The notes below the pieces were generated by a model, which had not been told where the DNA came from, did no database searches, and saw nothing but the letters and a program-made list of their open reading frames with translations. From a bacterium (GTDB lineage: Bacteria > UBA8248), in NCBI GenBank assembly GCA_965200245.1, contig CBDATS010000005.1, forward strand, positions 128,001 through 192,000: 64,000 nucleotides of DNA, written 5' to 3'. This document shows, one piece after another, positions 48,171-57,832 of the stretch. How positions within the stretch are numbered: position 1 is the stretch's first letter; every line of letters starts with the position of its first letter. Made by a program: the position numbers and the translations under genes.

Positions 48171-49343
48171 CTAGCGGACGACACCCCCCCTCCTGAGGGC
48201 AGCTATCTCCCCTGCCGGGAAGCCGAGTTCGCCCAGCACCTCATCGGCATGCTGGCCCAATACCGGCGGCGGCCTTCGCACGGAAGAAGGCGTCCTGTCG
48301 AATTTCACGGGCACGCCGCCCAACCGCAAAACACCGTATTCAGGGTGCTCGGCCCGGGCGAGATAACCCATCGCCTTCATCTGAGGATCCTCGTAGAGAT
48401 CGGTGGGCTTTCGCACGCGCGCGCAGGGCACGCCCACATTCTCGAACCTGTGCACCCATGTCTCCCCGGTCGCAGTGAGCAACACATTCTGCACAATGGG
48501 GATGATTTCCCCGCGCGCATCGTGCCTTCCCCGAAAGGTTCGCCACGCCTCCTCTTCCAGTAATTCGGGAAGACCCAGTATCTCGGAGGATTTCTCCCAG
48601 AATCCGTCCACGTCCATGTAGAGATAGATGTGGCCGTCCGACACCTCATAGATGCGGGCGATGCGATCGCTCAGGGCGTCTTCCACATCCGATACGGGCT
48701 CCATTTCACTCGCCCACATGAGGCGGCCGAACTGCATGGCTGTCGCCCCACCCAACAGAGAGGCATCGATCCGCTGGCCCTCACCGGTACGTTCACGAGT
48801 GTAGAGCGCCATCATCACCGCGCCATATGCGAGCGCGCCCGTCATGTAGTCCACGAAAGAACCCTGCACGAGTTCAGGTGCACCGCCCCCGCCTTGCTCT
48901 GCGGGGATGCCCGCCGTCGTCTGGATGATGGGGTCGATGCCCCGGCGTTCGCGCTGGGGGCCTCCCTGGCCGTAGGCGGACACCGAGAGATAGATAAGCC
49001 GGGAATTTTCTCGCATCAGGGCGTCTGCTCCGAGCCCGAGCTTCTCAATGGCACCGGGGCGATAGCCTTCCACGAACACGTCCATATGAGCGGCCAGTTT
49101 CCTGGCGATTTCGCGGCCCTTCTGTTCGCGCAGGTTAAGGGCGAGGCTGCGCTTGCTGCGGTTGAGCCCCAGAAACAGCCTGCTCTCCCCGGAAAAAGAA
49201 GACGGAAAATTCCGCACGCGGTCGCCCTCAGGCGGTTCGAGCTTCACCACGTCCGCGCCCGCATCTCCCATCATCAGCGTGCAGAACGGCCCCGCCACGT
49301 AATGCGTGAGGTCCAGCACCCTGATTCCTTGCAAACCGTCCAT
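48171..49343 (-). CDS. CaiB/BaiF family III CoA-transferase
   Basis: LQGIRVLDLT..VAGP, GADVVKLEPP.GD, NRSKRS, FVDY (catalytic Asp) and PPVLGQH. Confidence 0.93.
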   Translation of the reverse strand: MDGLQGIRVLDLTHYVAGPFCTLMMGDAGADVVKLEPPEGDRVRNFPSSFSGESRLFLGLNRSKRSLALNLREQKGREIARKLAAHMDVFVEGYRPGAIEKLGLGADALMRENSRLIYLSVSAYGQGGPQRERRGIDPIIQTTAGIPAEQGGGGAPELVQGSFVDYMTGALAYGAVMMALYTRERTGEGQRIDASLLGGATAMQFGRLMWASEMEPVSDVEDALSDRIARIYEVSDGHIYLYMDVDGFWEKSSEILGLPELLEEEAWRTFRGRHDARGEIIPIVQNVLLTATGETWVHRFENVGVPCARVRKPTDLYEDPQMKAMGYLARAEHPEYGVLRLGGVPVKFDRTPSSVRRPPPVLGQHADEVLGELGFPAGEIAALRRGGVVR

Positions 49344-49389
49344 GTCTTTCCTTGAAAAATACTTGAAGTATACCTGTTTATCTTTTGAT

Positions 49390-49806
49390 TTATAACCGTT
49401 TATTCACTTTCTCTATCTTTCGCAACAGTTTTTCGTTCTTGCACATGCGGGGAACGATGAAGCGCTCGTTCGTGCCCCGGGCGACGATTTCTTCCTCGTC
49501 GTGAATCTCCACTTCGAAGACGCATCGCCTGCCTTCACGCTCAATGAGCCGCGCCCGCGCCTCCACGCGCATCCCCTTGGGCGTTCCTGCCATGTGGTTG
49601 AGAGATACCTTCGTCCCCACGCTCGTCTGCCCAGCATCCAGGTGTTCCGCCAGCGCGTCCATGGCGGCCTTTTCCATGAAGCGTACAAGTTCGGGTGTCG
49701 CCACCACCTCCGCGTTCGTGCCCCGGAGGTGGTGGGGCACATGCTCATCCGCCACGACGACGGAATACGTCCCCTCAAGTCCCGGCTGAATCTTATCATC
49801 ATTCAT
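49390..49806 (-). CDS. Hot-dog thioesterase (FlK-like)
   Basis: VVATP.L..FMEKAA, SVGT.V.L.H...TP.G with the Thr/Glu/His triad positions present. Confidence 0.85.
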   Translation of the reverse strand: MNDDKIQPGLEGTYSVVVADEHVPHHLRGTNAEVVATPELVRFMEKAAMDALAEHLDAGQTSVGTKVSLNHMAGTPKGMRVEARARLIEREGRRCVFEVEIHDEEEIVARGTNERFIVPRMCKNEKLLRKIEKVNKRL

Positions 49807-49835
49807 GTGGATTCACCCGATTCTCGCGACAGCGA

Positions 49836-50816
49836 CTAGTTGCCCATTGTCAGGACGATTTTCCCGAAGATATTCCCGGTCATGAGCAAATCGTGGGCAC
49901 GCGCAGCCTCTGCGAGTGGTATCGTCTCCCCTACAGAGGCGCGCACCCTGCCGTCGGGGAGCAGAAGACCCAAGTGACGCACCATTTCCGGGAATACGGG
50001 GTCGGAATTGAACAGGCTCAACCCGCGCACGTCTATGTCTTTTGAATAAAAGGGCGGATAGTTCACCGAACCTACCGGGTTCTTGCCTGTGCCCGCGCCA
50101 AGCACGACGATGCAGCCGTATTTTTTCACCGCCCGGCAATCGGCGTCAAAATTTTCGGCCGCCACCATTTCAATCACCGAATCCACTCCACGCCCGTCGG
50201 TCTCGGCGAGGCAGCGGTCGGCGAAATCCTCCTCGCGGTAGTTGATCACTACATCCGCGCCGAATTCACGGCAAAACGCAGCCTTGTCTTCGGAACTCAC
50301 GGTAGTGATGACGCGCACGCCCGCAGCCTTTGCGATCTGAATCCCCATGCAACCCACGCCGCCGGCCCCCGCGTGGATGAGCACCGTCTCACCCGCCTTG
50401 ATGCCCGCTTTGTATATCAGTGCATAGTAGGCCGTATACAAAACCACAGGCAGGGAAGCACCCTCCTCATAGGAGAAGCTGTCCGGGAGCTTCGCCGTGC
50501 GGAGGGGGTTCAAGATCGCCTTTTCGGCGTAAGAACCACTCACCGCCACGCCGAAGACTCTCTCGTTGGGGGAGAAACCCCTTACGCCCTCGCCCACAGC
50601 CAGCACGTCGCCTGCCGCGTCGACGCCAGGCGTCCAGGGCAGGGCCAGGCTTTTGGAGAGCGGATGTGCGCCCGAGCGGAAGGTGGTATCCACCGGATTC
50701 ACACCCGCCGCCTTCACGTCCACCAGTATTTGGCCCGGTCCGGGCGTCGGATCCGCCGCGTCTTCGAGCACCATCACTTCCGGGTCGCCGAATTCATGTA
50801 CGTGTATCACCTTCAT
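49836..50816 (-). CDS. NADPH:quinone oxidoreductase (zeta-crystallin/Qor, MDR family)
   Basis: AAGVNPVD, PGVDAAG, VLIHAGAGGVG and GKIVL. Confidence 0.92.
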   Translation of the reverse strand: MKVIHVHEFGDPEVMVLEDAADPTPGPGQILVDVKAAGVNPVDTTFRSGAHPLSKSLALPWTPGVDAAGDVLAVGEGVRGFSPNERVFGVAVSGSYAEKAILNPLRTAKLPDSFSYEEGASLPVVLYTAYYALIYKAGIKAGETVLIHAGAGGVGCMGIQIAKAAGVRVITTVSSEDKAAFCREFGADVVINYREEDFADRCLAETDGRGVDSVIEMVAAENFDADCRAVKKYGCIVVLGAGTGKNPVGSVNYPPFYSKDIDVRGLSLFNSDPVFPEMVRHLGLLLPDGRVRASVGETIPLAEAARAHDLLMTGNIFGKIVLTMGN

Positions 50817-51027
50817 CTTCTTCTCCTGTCGAATTGCGCGTTATGCGCCTCGCTTCTACCTCGAAAATCAGACCAAGGGGTTCGTTCGATGCCTACTCCT
50901 TACCATACATGGGGAGAAAATGCTCTCGCTTCCCGAAATATCTCCCGCGCGATATCGAACAGGACAAGTCCTTTTCCCGCTCGAATCGAACGCCTGTTCT
51001 CCTCCGTCTCGCTCAACGCAGCAGCCC

Positions 51028-51055
51028 TTGACACGGAGGTTTCAGCGGGGATAAT
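51028..51055 (+). promoter_or_regulatory. Putative sigma70 promoter of the TAXI-TRAP operon
   Basis: TTGACA-16 nt-GATAAT. Confidence 0.5.
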
Positions 51056-51172
51056 GAAGTATTCTCAAATTGCGTAGAAAATCGCGCGAGCCCTGTTGGT
51101 TTGCACGGGGGGGGCGGAGAATTGTACCGGCCAAATGATTCAAGTTCATAGGGAACTCTTCGAGTTTCATCC

Positions 51173-51192
51173 GGTGATGAGGTGTCATCACC
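51173..51192. promoter_or_regulatory. Inverted repeat, candidate operator
   Basis: GGTGATGA-GGTG-TCATCACC, 40 nt upstream of the TAXI start. Confidence 0.4.
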
Positions 51193-51232
51193 ATCAAATC
51201 GTGAAAGTTTTCAACATCAAAAGGAGTCCGTA

Positions 51233-52225
51233 ATGAAGAAATTCGCATTCCTGGCAACAGTCGCGGTGGCCTTGTCCTTTATGATCGGCACGGCCGACGC
51301 TGTCGAGCGTTATCGCTTCGGTGGAGGCCCCTCCGGCGGCGCGTGGCATCCCTCCATCAGCGCGGGAACACAGCTTCTCAACAGGAAGCTCGGCAAGAAG
51401 TTCTACTTCCAGTATTCCCCCTCGGCCGGTTCGGTGGCCAACGTCCGGCGTGTGGGTCTGGGCGAGTTCGCCACCTCGTGGGGACATGTCGGCCAAGTCT
51501 ACCAGTCATGGACTGGCACGGGCCTGTTCAAGAAAGACGGCGCCAACAAGAACTTCCGCATCGTCGCCAACGTCCGCGCGCAGTCGCAGATCATCGCCGT
51601 ACTGGCGGACAGTACCATCAAGTCCTACAAGGACATGGTCGGCAAGCGCGTGAACCTGCTCAAGCAGGGAACGGGTAGCCACGTGAACTGCAAGAACATC
51701 TTCGCCGCAGTCGGCATTCTCGACAAGATTCAGCCGCGCTACCTAGGCTTCGCCGCCTCCGGCCGGGCCCTGGGCGACCGCCAGATCGACGTCTACTGCT
51801 CCGCAGGTGCGCCGTTCACCATCCCGGCTCTCACCCGGCTCTCCATCCAGAAGCCGGTGCGCTACATCAGCCTGAGCGAGGCCGAGCAGAAAAAGGTGAC
51901 CGGTGACCACAAGTTCTACGTGCCCGTCACCATTCCCGTCCAGAAGGAAGTGCGTGGAATGAAGGCTCCGGCGCGCTCCATCGCCTATGACGTCTGGTGG
52001 ATTGCACACAAGCAGATGTCAAACGATGCCGTCTATAACATGCTCAAAGTTATCGCCTCGCCCGAGAATCTCAAGCAATTGACCAAGACGGCACGCTACT
52101 GGCGCGATCTGAGCGGCAACTTCAACGCCCTCAAGGTTCACAAGATATGGGTGCACCCCGCCGCCGCACGTTACTGGAAAGAACGCGGCGTGAAAATACC
52201 GGCCGAGGTCGTGAAAGGCTTCTGA
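51233..52225 (+). CDS. TAXI-family TRAP transporter solute-binding protein
   Basis: AAGGAG RBS, signal peptide, GGPSGGAW, SAGSVANV, G.GS and HPAAARYWKERG. Confidence 0.9.
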   Translation: MKKFAFLATVAVALSFMIGTADAVERYRFGGGPSGGAWHPSISAGTQLLNRKLGKKFYFQYSPSAGSVANVRRVGLGEFATSWGHVGQVYQSWTGTGLFKKDGANKNFRIVANVRAQSQIIAVLADSTIKSYKDMVGKRVNLLKQGTGSHVNCKNIFAAVGILDKIQPRYLGFAASGRALGDRQIDVYCSAGAPFTIPALTRLSIQKPVRYISLSEAEQKKVTGDHKFYVPVTIPVQKEVRGMKAPARSIAYDVWWIAHKQMSNDAVYNMLKVIASPENLKQLTKTARYWRDLSGNFNALKVHKIWVHPAAARYWKERGVKIPAEVVKGF

Positions 52226-52257
52226 TTCTCGCAACGAAACCCCGGCAAGCAATCGCC

Positions 52258-52299
52258 CCCGGGGAGGAGGAGAAACGGAAAAATCTCCTTCTCCCCGGG
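52258..52299 (+). terminator. Long hairpin between binding-protein and permease genes
   Basis: CCCGGGGAGGAGGAGA / TCTCCTTCTCCCCGGG, a 16-bp stem with one G-U pair followed by ATTCTTTC. Could be a partial terminator or an mRNA stabiliser. Confidence 0.6.
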
Positions 52300-52365
52300 A
52301 TTCTTTCACTTGATGGAATTTTTCGCCACTAGAGGCCCGCTCGCCTGGGCCGGGATAAGGACGCC

Positions 52366-54834
52366 ATGTTTCGAAATCTCCTGCCCGTTTTAATGAAGCT
52401 GGGCCTCATATCGGACGAGATGGTCGTTCCGCGCAATCTGCAGGGTTTTTCGCGCATTATCGTCTCGATTATTTCCGTCGCGTTTTCCTATTTCTTCGTT
52501 CATATCTCATACTTCGGTCCCCCGCGTTCGGAAATCTTCAAGGGCGTCTACATTCTGGCGACCGCCACGTTGTGCATTCTCGTCTATAAAGGCAGGCAAA
52601 GGCCCGTCCGTGAGGGGTTCGCCTATCTGGACGAAATCTTTTCGTTCCTCGCCATCGTCGTCATGTGCGCCTCCCTAGCCCTGTGGGCGTATTGGGGCGC
52701 TTTCTTCGGCGATGTGCTCTGGAGCGAGTTCATGGTTGGCGGAACCTACCTGATCGCCCTGCTCGGCGGGCTGTTCGGCGCGATCCTGTATCGCTTTGAA
52801 GCCACCAAAGAGCGCATATCGGAACTCCCTTCGCTATCGGACTGGCTGTTCATCGTATCGGCCGTCGCCCCCATCATCTGGTGGAACATCTACAATATCG
52901 AACTCACCACGCGCATCGGCGGTCCCGTGCCCACCTCGGTGGTGATCTACACGCTGCTGCTTACTGCAGTGAGTTTCGACATCGCAAGACGCGTCATCGG
53001 CCCGGTTATCCCGTTCATCGGCTTCTTCTTCCTGATCTACAGTTTCAAGCCCATCGCACAGATATCGCCGGGCCTTCTCTACCACGACGGCTTCGGGCTC
53101 GACCGCGTCACCGAGTTCCTGATGCTGGAGGCCGACGGCATCACCGGTCTCATCGTCGAGGTGTTCGCCACCTACATCGTCATCTTCGTCGTTCTGGGCG
53201 CATTCCTGGAAAAGACTGGCTTGGGCGAATTCCTCATCGACGCCACCTACCGGGTGACAGGCCAAAAAACGGGCGGCCCCGGCCTCACGGCGGTCATGTC
53301 GAGTGGTCTGTTCGGTATGATCTCGGGTAGCGGCGTGGCCAACGTAGTGACGACGGGCACGTTCACCATCCCCCTCATGAAGCGAGTGGGCTACCGCCCG
53401 GAATTCGCGGGCGCAGTTGAGGCGGCCGCCTCAACGGGAGGCGCCTATATGCCTCCCATCATGGCGGGCGCGGCCTTTCTGGTCGCGCAGCTCACCGAAA
53501 CCTCTTATTTCGATATTGTCAAGATAGCGACGCTCCCGGCCATCCTCTACTATCTATCCGTGGGCTACATGGTCTACATCCGCGCCGTGCGGCGGGGACT
53601 CCACGGCGTCGACCCCTCGGAGTTACCCCCCTGGAGCAGAATCGTTCCGCGACTTCATTTCCTGCTGCCCATCCCGGTAATGGTCTACTTCCTCGTCATC
53701 GGCGATTCTGCGTTCCTTGCTGCCTTCAAGACCATCTGCCTCATCGTGATGCTCAAGATTTGCGAACTGCTCTCGAACATCAACATACCCACCGCCGCTC
53801 AAACGGCCCGTCCGTTCCTGTACATCTCGATTCTCTTCGGTGTCTTGTCTTATTTCTTCGGCCTGAAAATCGGTCCTCCGTTTTCGTGGTTCGCGGACAC
53901 GCTGCGCGGCATGAACTGGGGAGACGCCCTGTTCTGGACAATAGCGATGTTCATCGTCCTGAAGCTCGCCGAGATCCTCTCGACTGCAATGCGGACGGAA
54001 AACGGTGAATCCGAATACGAAACGGGACCGATTCTCTTCACGCGGCTTCGGGAGCTAGTGGTTGAGATCGTCAAGGTGACCTGGATTTCCCTGGAGGCAG
54101 GCGCGAGGAACACACTCGTCATCGGCTGCATCGCGTGCGTGCTGGGCATCCTGCTCTCCTGCGCGACGCAAAGCGACCTGTCGGGCCGTATCTCCATCCT
54201 GCTGACGGAATTCAGCTTCGGCCTCCTGCCACTCACAATCATCTGGGTAATCATCGCCGGCTACATCGTCGGCATGGGTCTTCCCATCACGGCGAGCTAC
54301 GTGGTGCTGGTCATCTTCGGTGTCATTGCACTCACCAACCTTGGCGTGCCGACCGTCCACGCGCACCTCATCTGCTATTGGGTAGCCGTCGTGAGCGCAG
54401 TTACCCCGCCGGTCGCACTGGCAGCGTACGCGGCGAGCGCCATCGCGGTGTCGGACCCGGTGAAAACAGGCTTTCAGGCACTCAAACTCGCCTCGTGGCT
54501 CTTCATCATGCCGTTCCTGTTCGTCTATACTCCCCTTCTTCTGAGTGGCACGACGACCGAGGTGACCATCACCTTCGTGGCGTGTCTCATCGGCATCGTC
54601 GGTTGGGCCGGTTGGATGGAGAATTTTATGACGCGGCACGCAAACGGTCTTGAACGGGCGTTGATGTTCATCGGCTCTGTGTGTCTCCTGTTGCCTGTGG
54701 GAAATTTCGTCACCTTCATCACCCCGCTGGAAGGGGATTTGAGATATCTCTCTTACGCCGTGGGCATCGTCTCCCTCGTCGCAGTGCTCGTCTTGCAACG
54801 CACGCGCGGCGGCGTGGACCCCGAACCCGCGTAA
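52366..54834 (+). CDS. TRAP transporter fused permease (4TM/12TM, DctQM)
   Basis: FGMISGSGVANVVTTGTFTIPLMK, AVEAAASTGG..MPPIM, GMGLP.TA.Y and TPPVALAAYA. Confidence 0.93.
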   Translation: MFRNLLPVLMKLGLISDEMVVPRNLQGFSRIIVSIISVAFSYFFVHISYFGPPRSEIFKGVYILATATLCILVYKGRQRPVREGFAYLDEIFSFLAIVVMCASLALWAYWGAFFGDVLWSEFMVGGTYLIALLGGLFGAILYRFEATKERISELPSLSDWLFIVSAVAPIIWWNIYNIELTTRIGGPVPTSVVIYTLLLTAVSFDIARRVIGPVIPFIGFFFLIYSFKPIAQISPGLLYHDGFGLDRVTEFLMLEADGITGLIVEVFATYIVIFVVLGAFLEKTGLGEFLIDATYRVTGQKTGGPGLTAVMSSGLFGMISGSGVANVVTTGTFTIPLMKRVGYRPEFAGAVEAAASTGGAYMPPIMAGAAFLVAQLTETSYFDIVKIATLPAILYYLSVGYMVYIRAVRRGLHGVDPSELPPWSRIVPRLHFLLPIPVMVYFLVIGDSAFLAAFKTICLIVMLKICELLSNINIPTAAQTARPFLYISILFGVLSYFFGLKIGPPFSWFADTLRGMNWGDALFWTIAMFIVLKLAEILSTAMRTENGESEYETGPILFTRLRELVVEIVKVTWISLEAGARNTLVIGCIACVLGILLSCATQSDLSGRISILLTEFSFGLLPLTIIWVIIAGYIVGMGLPITASYVVLVIFGVIALTNLGVPTVHAHLICYWVAVVSAVTPPVALAAYAASAIAVSDPVKTGFQALKLASWLFIMPFLFVYTPLLLSGTTTEVTITFVACLIGIVGWAGWMENFMTRHANGLERALMFIGSVCLLLPVGNFVTFITPLEGDLRYLSYAVGIVSLVAVLVLQRTRGGVDPEPA

Positions 54835-54864
54835 TTCGCAACGGAATCCCGAGAAGGAGACATC

Positions 54865-55497
54865 ATGAGCGCTAATCCTCCCGCTCTGAGGCGCATACAA
54901 CACGTGGGTCTGAAGGTCCACGACCTGGACGAGGCGGTGGCCTTTTACCGTGACGTCATAGGGCTTCGGGTCTCGGACCGTTACGAGCCGGGGGACAATC
55001 CCCACAGCCCATGGGGGATATGCTTCATGCGCTGCGGCGAGGGTCATCACGAGGTATCCCTCATCGCCTACCCCAAGGAAGCCGGCCTCACGCCCAAGGA
55101 AGGCGACATGCGAAAACCCGAGGTCGGCCTGCACCACGTGGCTTTCGAGGTCGGATCGAAAAAAGAACTCGAAACCTGGGCGGAACATATCCGTTCACAC
55201 GGCATCCAAATCGCTGCGGGGCCACTCGTCCACAGCCCCACGCATCCCGAGGGCGACGGAACCCTGGGCGAAAACCGCGCCTTTTACTTTCACGACCCTT
55301 GCGGAAACGGCATCGAGATTTTCTGCGACCTCGCCCGGATGGACGCAGACACCAACCGCGTGAACGAGGCGTGGTTCCGTGACAGGCTCGAGCGCGACGG
55401 CTTCTCGCGCGGCGACGCTGACCCGCCCCCCGCCTGGCGGCCCAGCGTATCGAGCATGGCGGGCGCGAAAGAGAAATTCGGCAGCGCTTCCTCCTGA
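54865..55497 (+). CDS. VOC-family protein, single-domain extradiol-dioxygenase-like
   Basis: IQHVGLKV.DL, HHEVSL, GLHHVAFEV and FYFHDPCGNGIEI. Confidence 0.85.
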   Translation: MSANPPALRRIQHVGLKVHDLDEAVAFYRDVIGLRVSDRYEPGDNPHSPWGICFMRCGEGHHEVSLIAYPKEAGLTPKEGDMRKPEVGLHHVAFEVGSKKELETWAEHIRSHGIQIAAGPLVHSPTHPEGDGTLGENRAFYFHDPCGNGIEIFCDLARMDADTNRVNEAWFRDRLERDGFSRGDADPPPAWRPSVSSMAGAKEKFGSASS

Positions 55498-55562
55498 CCC
55501 ACCGCGACGCACGAAGGAAAACGAAAGTGGTGCATCGTGCCCAAGACTTGCCTGAGAGTCCC

Positions 55563-56783
55563 ATGGGGGGAGGGTCTCGCTACAAGACGGTGGCCCTTCT
55601 CGCCTTCGCGCTGGCGTTTATCGTCCTTTCCTCGCTTGGAACGCTGGACCATTTCGCCCAGAAGCGTATTAAAAAAACGATGACGAAGTCCCTAGGCATA
55701 TATGCCACATCAAGGACCATCAATGCCGGGATTTCTATACTTCAAACTTCACAGGTCAAATTACCTCTTATCGCATCAGTGCAGGTGGGCGAGGTGCTGG
55801 ATCCGTTAAATGATGCCGTCGAGCGACTCTCATCCGTGATGACCTGGGCGATCGGTTCGCTGGCTCTACAGGTCTTCGTCCTGGAAGTCGCTTCGAGTTG
55901 GGTTTTCAAGTGCCTTTTTTTATTAATCAGTCTCGCAGCGATACCAGCCCTGGTGCTTGTAGACACGAAATATTTCCCAAAACCGCTTCAGGCAATACCC
56001 GGGTTTTCCAAGGCAAACCTGGAACGCTACAGCGAACTGTCCCTTCGGGTATTCGTCTTCGCTGTCATCTTCCGTTTTATCGTTCCAGTGTTCGTCACAA
56101 CCAGCTTTTTGCTCAGTCAGACGTTTCTGGGGGCAGAGATCGACAAATACAAAGAGAATTTGTCGTGGATTCGAGAACAAATGCCGCATGTTGCTAAAGT
56201 GGATTCTCCCGATAGTCAGGAAATTAAGAGAGGAGAAGTACGTAAGGTCTCTGAATTGGAGAAAGAATCGGAGAAACTCAAAAAACTCGTTTCGGAGCAA
56301 GAGAAGAAAAAACTGGACCTGAACGAACAACTCGATGCGAAAGAGGATTGGCTAGATTGGTTGGATCGGTGGCGTCCGGAATTTATTGGCGGCGCGCCTC
56401 CGAGAAAAGAGCCTTTAGAACTACAGGAAGTCAAACAGAATATAGAGAAATATCAGAAGCGAATCCAAGCCATCGAAACTGACCTTGATTGCATCAGGCG
56501 AATACGCGCAGGCGAGGATTGCGATTCTTGGCTGAAGGCAATATGGAAGAAAACAGATATTTCCAAGAACTTTGAGGAAGTCTCCAATAAGGCTGACGAG
56601 ATTGTTGAAAACTTAGTTCGTCTCTTGTCCGCCATTGTGATAGAAAACATTCTTCTCCCGCTCGTTTTCCTGGCGATCGCCATAAAGTGCAGCCTGCCTC
56701 TTGCCAGACACTCGACGCGATTGATCTCTGCAATGAGGCGGGATGCGAAGGAACTGCGGGGCTATATGGGCAAAGGGGATTGA
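55563..56783 (+). CDS. Hypothetical membrane protein with central coiled coil (start may be 55527)
   Basis: Several hydrophobic helices, GEVLDPLNDAVERLS, a Lys/Glu-rich heptad region; visibly more AT-rich than its neighbours. Confidence 0.7.
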   Translation: MGGGSRYKTVALLAFALAFIVLSSLGTLDHFAQKRIKKTMTKSLGIYATSRTINAGISILQTSQVKLPLIASVQVGEVLDPLNDAVERLSSVMTWAIGSLALQVFVLEVASSWVFKCLFLLISLAAIPALVLVDTKYFPKPLQAIPGFSKANLERYSELSLRVFVFAVIFRFIVPVFVTTSFLLSQTFLGAEIDKYKENLSWIREQMPHVAKVDSPDSQEIKRGEVRKVSELEKESEKLKKLVSEQEKKKLDLNEQLDAKEDWLDWLDRWRPEFIGGAPPRKEPLELQEVKQNIEKYQKRIQAIETDLDCIRRIRAGEDCDSWLKAIWKKTDISKNFEEVSNKADEIVENLVRLLSAIVIENILLPLVFLAIAIKCSLPLARHSTRLISAMRRDAKELRGYMGKGD

Positions 56784-56851
56784 GAGGGCCGCAACGCAAC
56801 CTCAGAAGCGTCGCCGTGTGACATCCCGAACCCAATGGAGGGAACATCAAA

Positions 56852-57808
56852 ATGACACATCGCGTCTTGAGCGTGGATGAGCGCACCAGAACGCAGCCGG
56901 CACGCCGGGCCTTCATGGAGGAATACCTGCACGAGGGCTATAAGTTCGTGGAACCGGAATCGTTCGACGACGACGCTCTCCGCGAGGCAGTTGCCGGGGC
57001 GTGCGCGCTCTTCACCGGGTTCGCCCCTATCTCGCGGGAGATGATGGAGGCGGGGCCGGGCATCAAGGTTGTCGGCAAGGTGGGCACGGGCGTGGACAAC
57101 ATTGATGTGGCAGCCGCCACCGAACTCGGTATTCCCGTCGCCAACGCGCCGGGCTGGATGCGCTGCGTCCCCGTGGCGGAACACGCCATGACGCTCACAC
57201 TCATCATGGCGCGAAGACCCTGGCTCTGGCCCACCGAAGAGCGCAGGCTCCACTTTCAGCTACAGGGTGCGACGATGGGGATTGTCGGTCTCGGGAACAT
57301 CGGCCAGGCCCTCGCCAGGCGCGCTGCCGCCTTCGATATGAATATCTACGCCTACACGCGCACGCGGGGAAAATTCAAGCCTGACGATTTCGAGATAGAA
57401 GAGGTGGAAACGCTGCACGATCTGCTTCCGCGCGCCGACTTCGTGGTACTCACCCTGCCCCTGACGCCCGAGAACCAGGGAATGATAGGTGCACGAGAGT
57501 TCGAACTCATGAAAGAGACAGCTTATCTCGTCAACGTCTCGCGCGGCCCCCACGTGGATACCGAAGCACTGACAGACGCAATCCGCGAGGGGAAAATCGC
57601 TGGCGCAGGGCTCGACGTGGTGGAAACCGATCCCCTGCCCGGGGGCCACCCCCTCTCTAATTTTCCAAATGTCGTCATCTCGCCCCACAACGCCGCCCAG
57701 ACCGAGAGCGTCCAGCGTGAGAGCTACAAGCTTTTGTGCGATAATATCAAACGGGCGGTGGAAGGTGAGAAAGTTACCTCGCTCGCCAATCCTGAAATCT
57801 ACGAATAA
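56852..57808 (+). CDS. D-isomer-specific 2-hydroxyacid dehydrogenase
   Basis: GTGVDNID, VAEH, GIVGLGNIG, VNVSRG, GAGLDV.E and SPHNA. Confidence 0.92.
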   Translation: MTHRVLSVDERTRTQPARRAFMEEYLHEGYKFVEPESFDDDALREAVAGACALFTGFAPISREMMEAGPGIKVVGKVGTGVDNIDVAAATELGIPVANAPGWMRCVPVAEHAMTLTLIMARRPWLWPTEERRLHFQLQGATMGIVGLGNIGQALARRAAAFDMNIYAYTRTRGKFKPDDFEIEEVETLHDLLPRADFVVLTLPLTPENQGMIGAREFELMKETAYLVNVSRGPHVDTEALTDAIREGKIAGAGLDVVETDPLPGGHPLSNFPNVVISPHNAAQTESVQRESYKLLCDNIKRAVEGEKVTSLANPEIYE

Positions 57809-57832
57809 AGCGCGCCGCAGAGGAGATTCACG

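Noticed and set aside
49390-49806. Fluoroacetate metabolism inferred from the FlK-like thioesterase
   Set aside because: The fold is common and no fluorinase or related gene is in the window.
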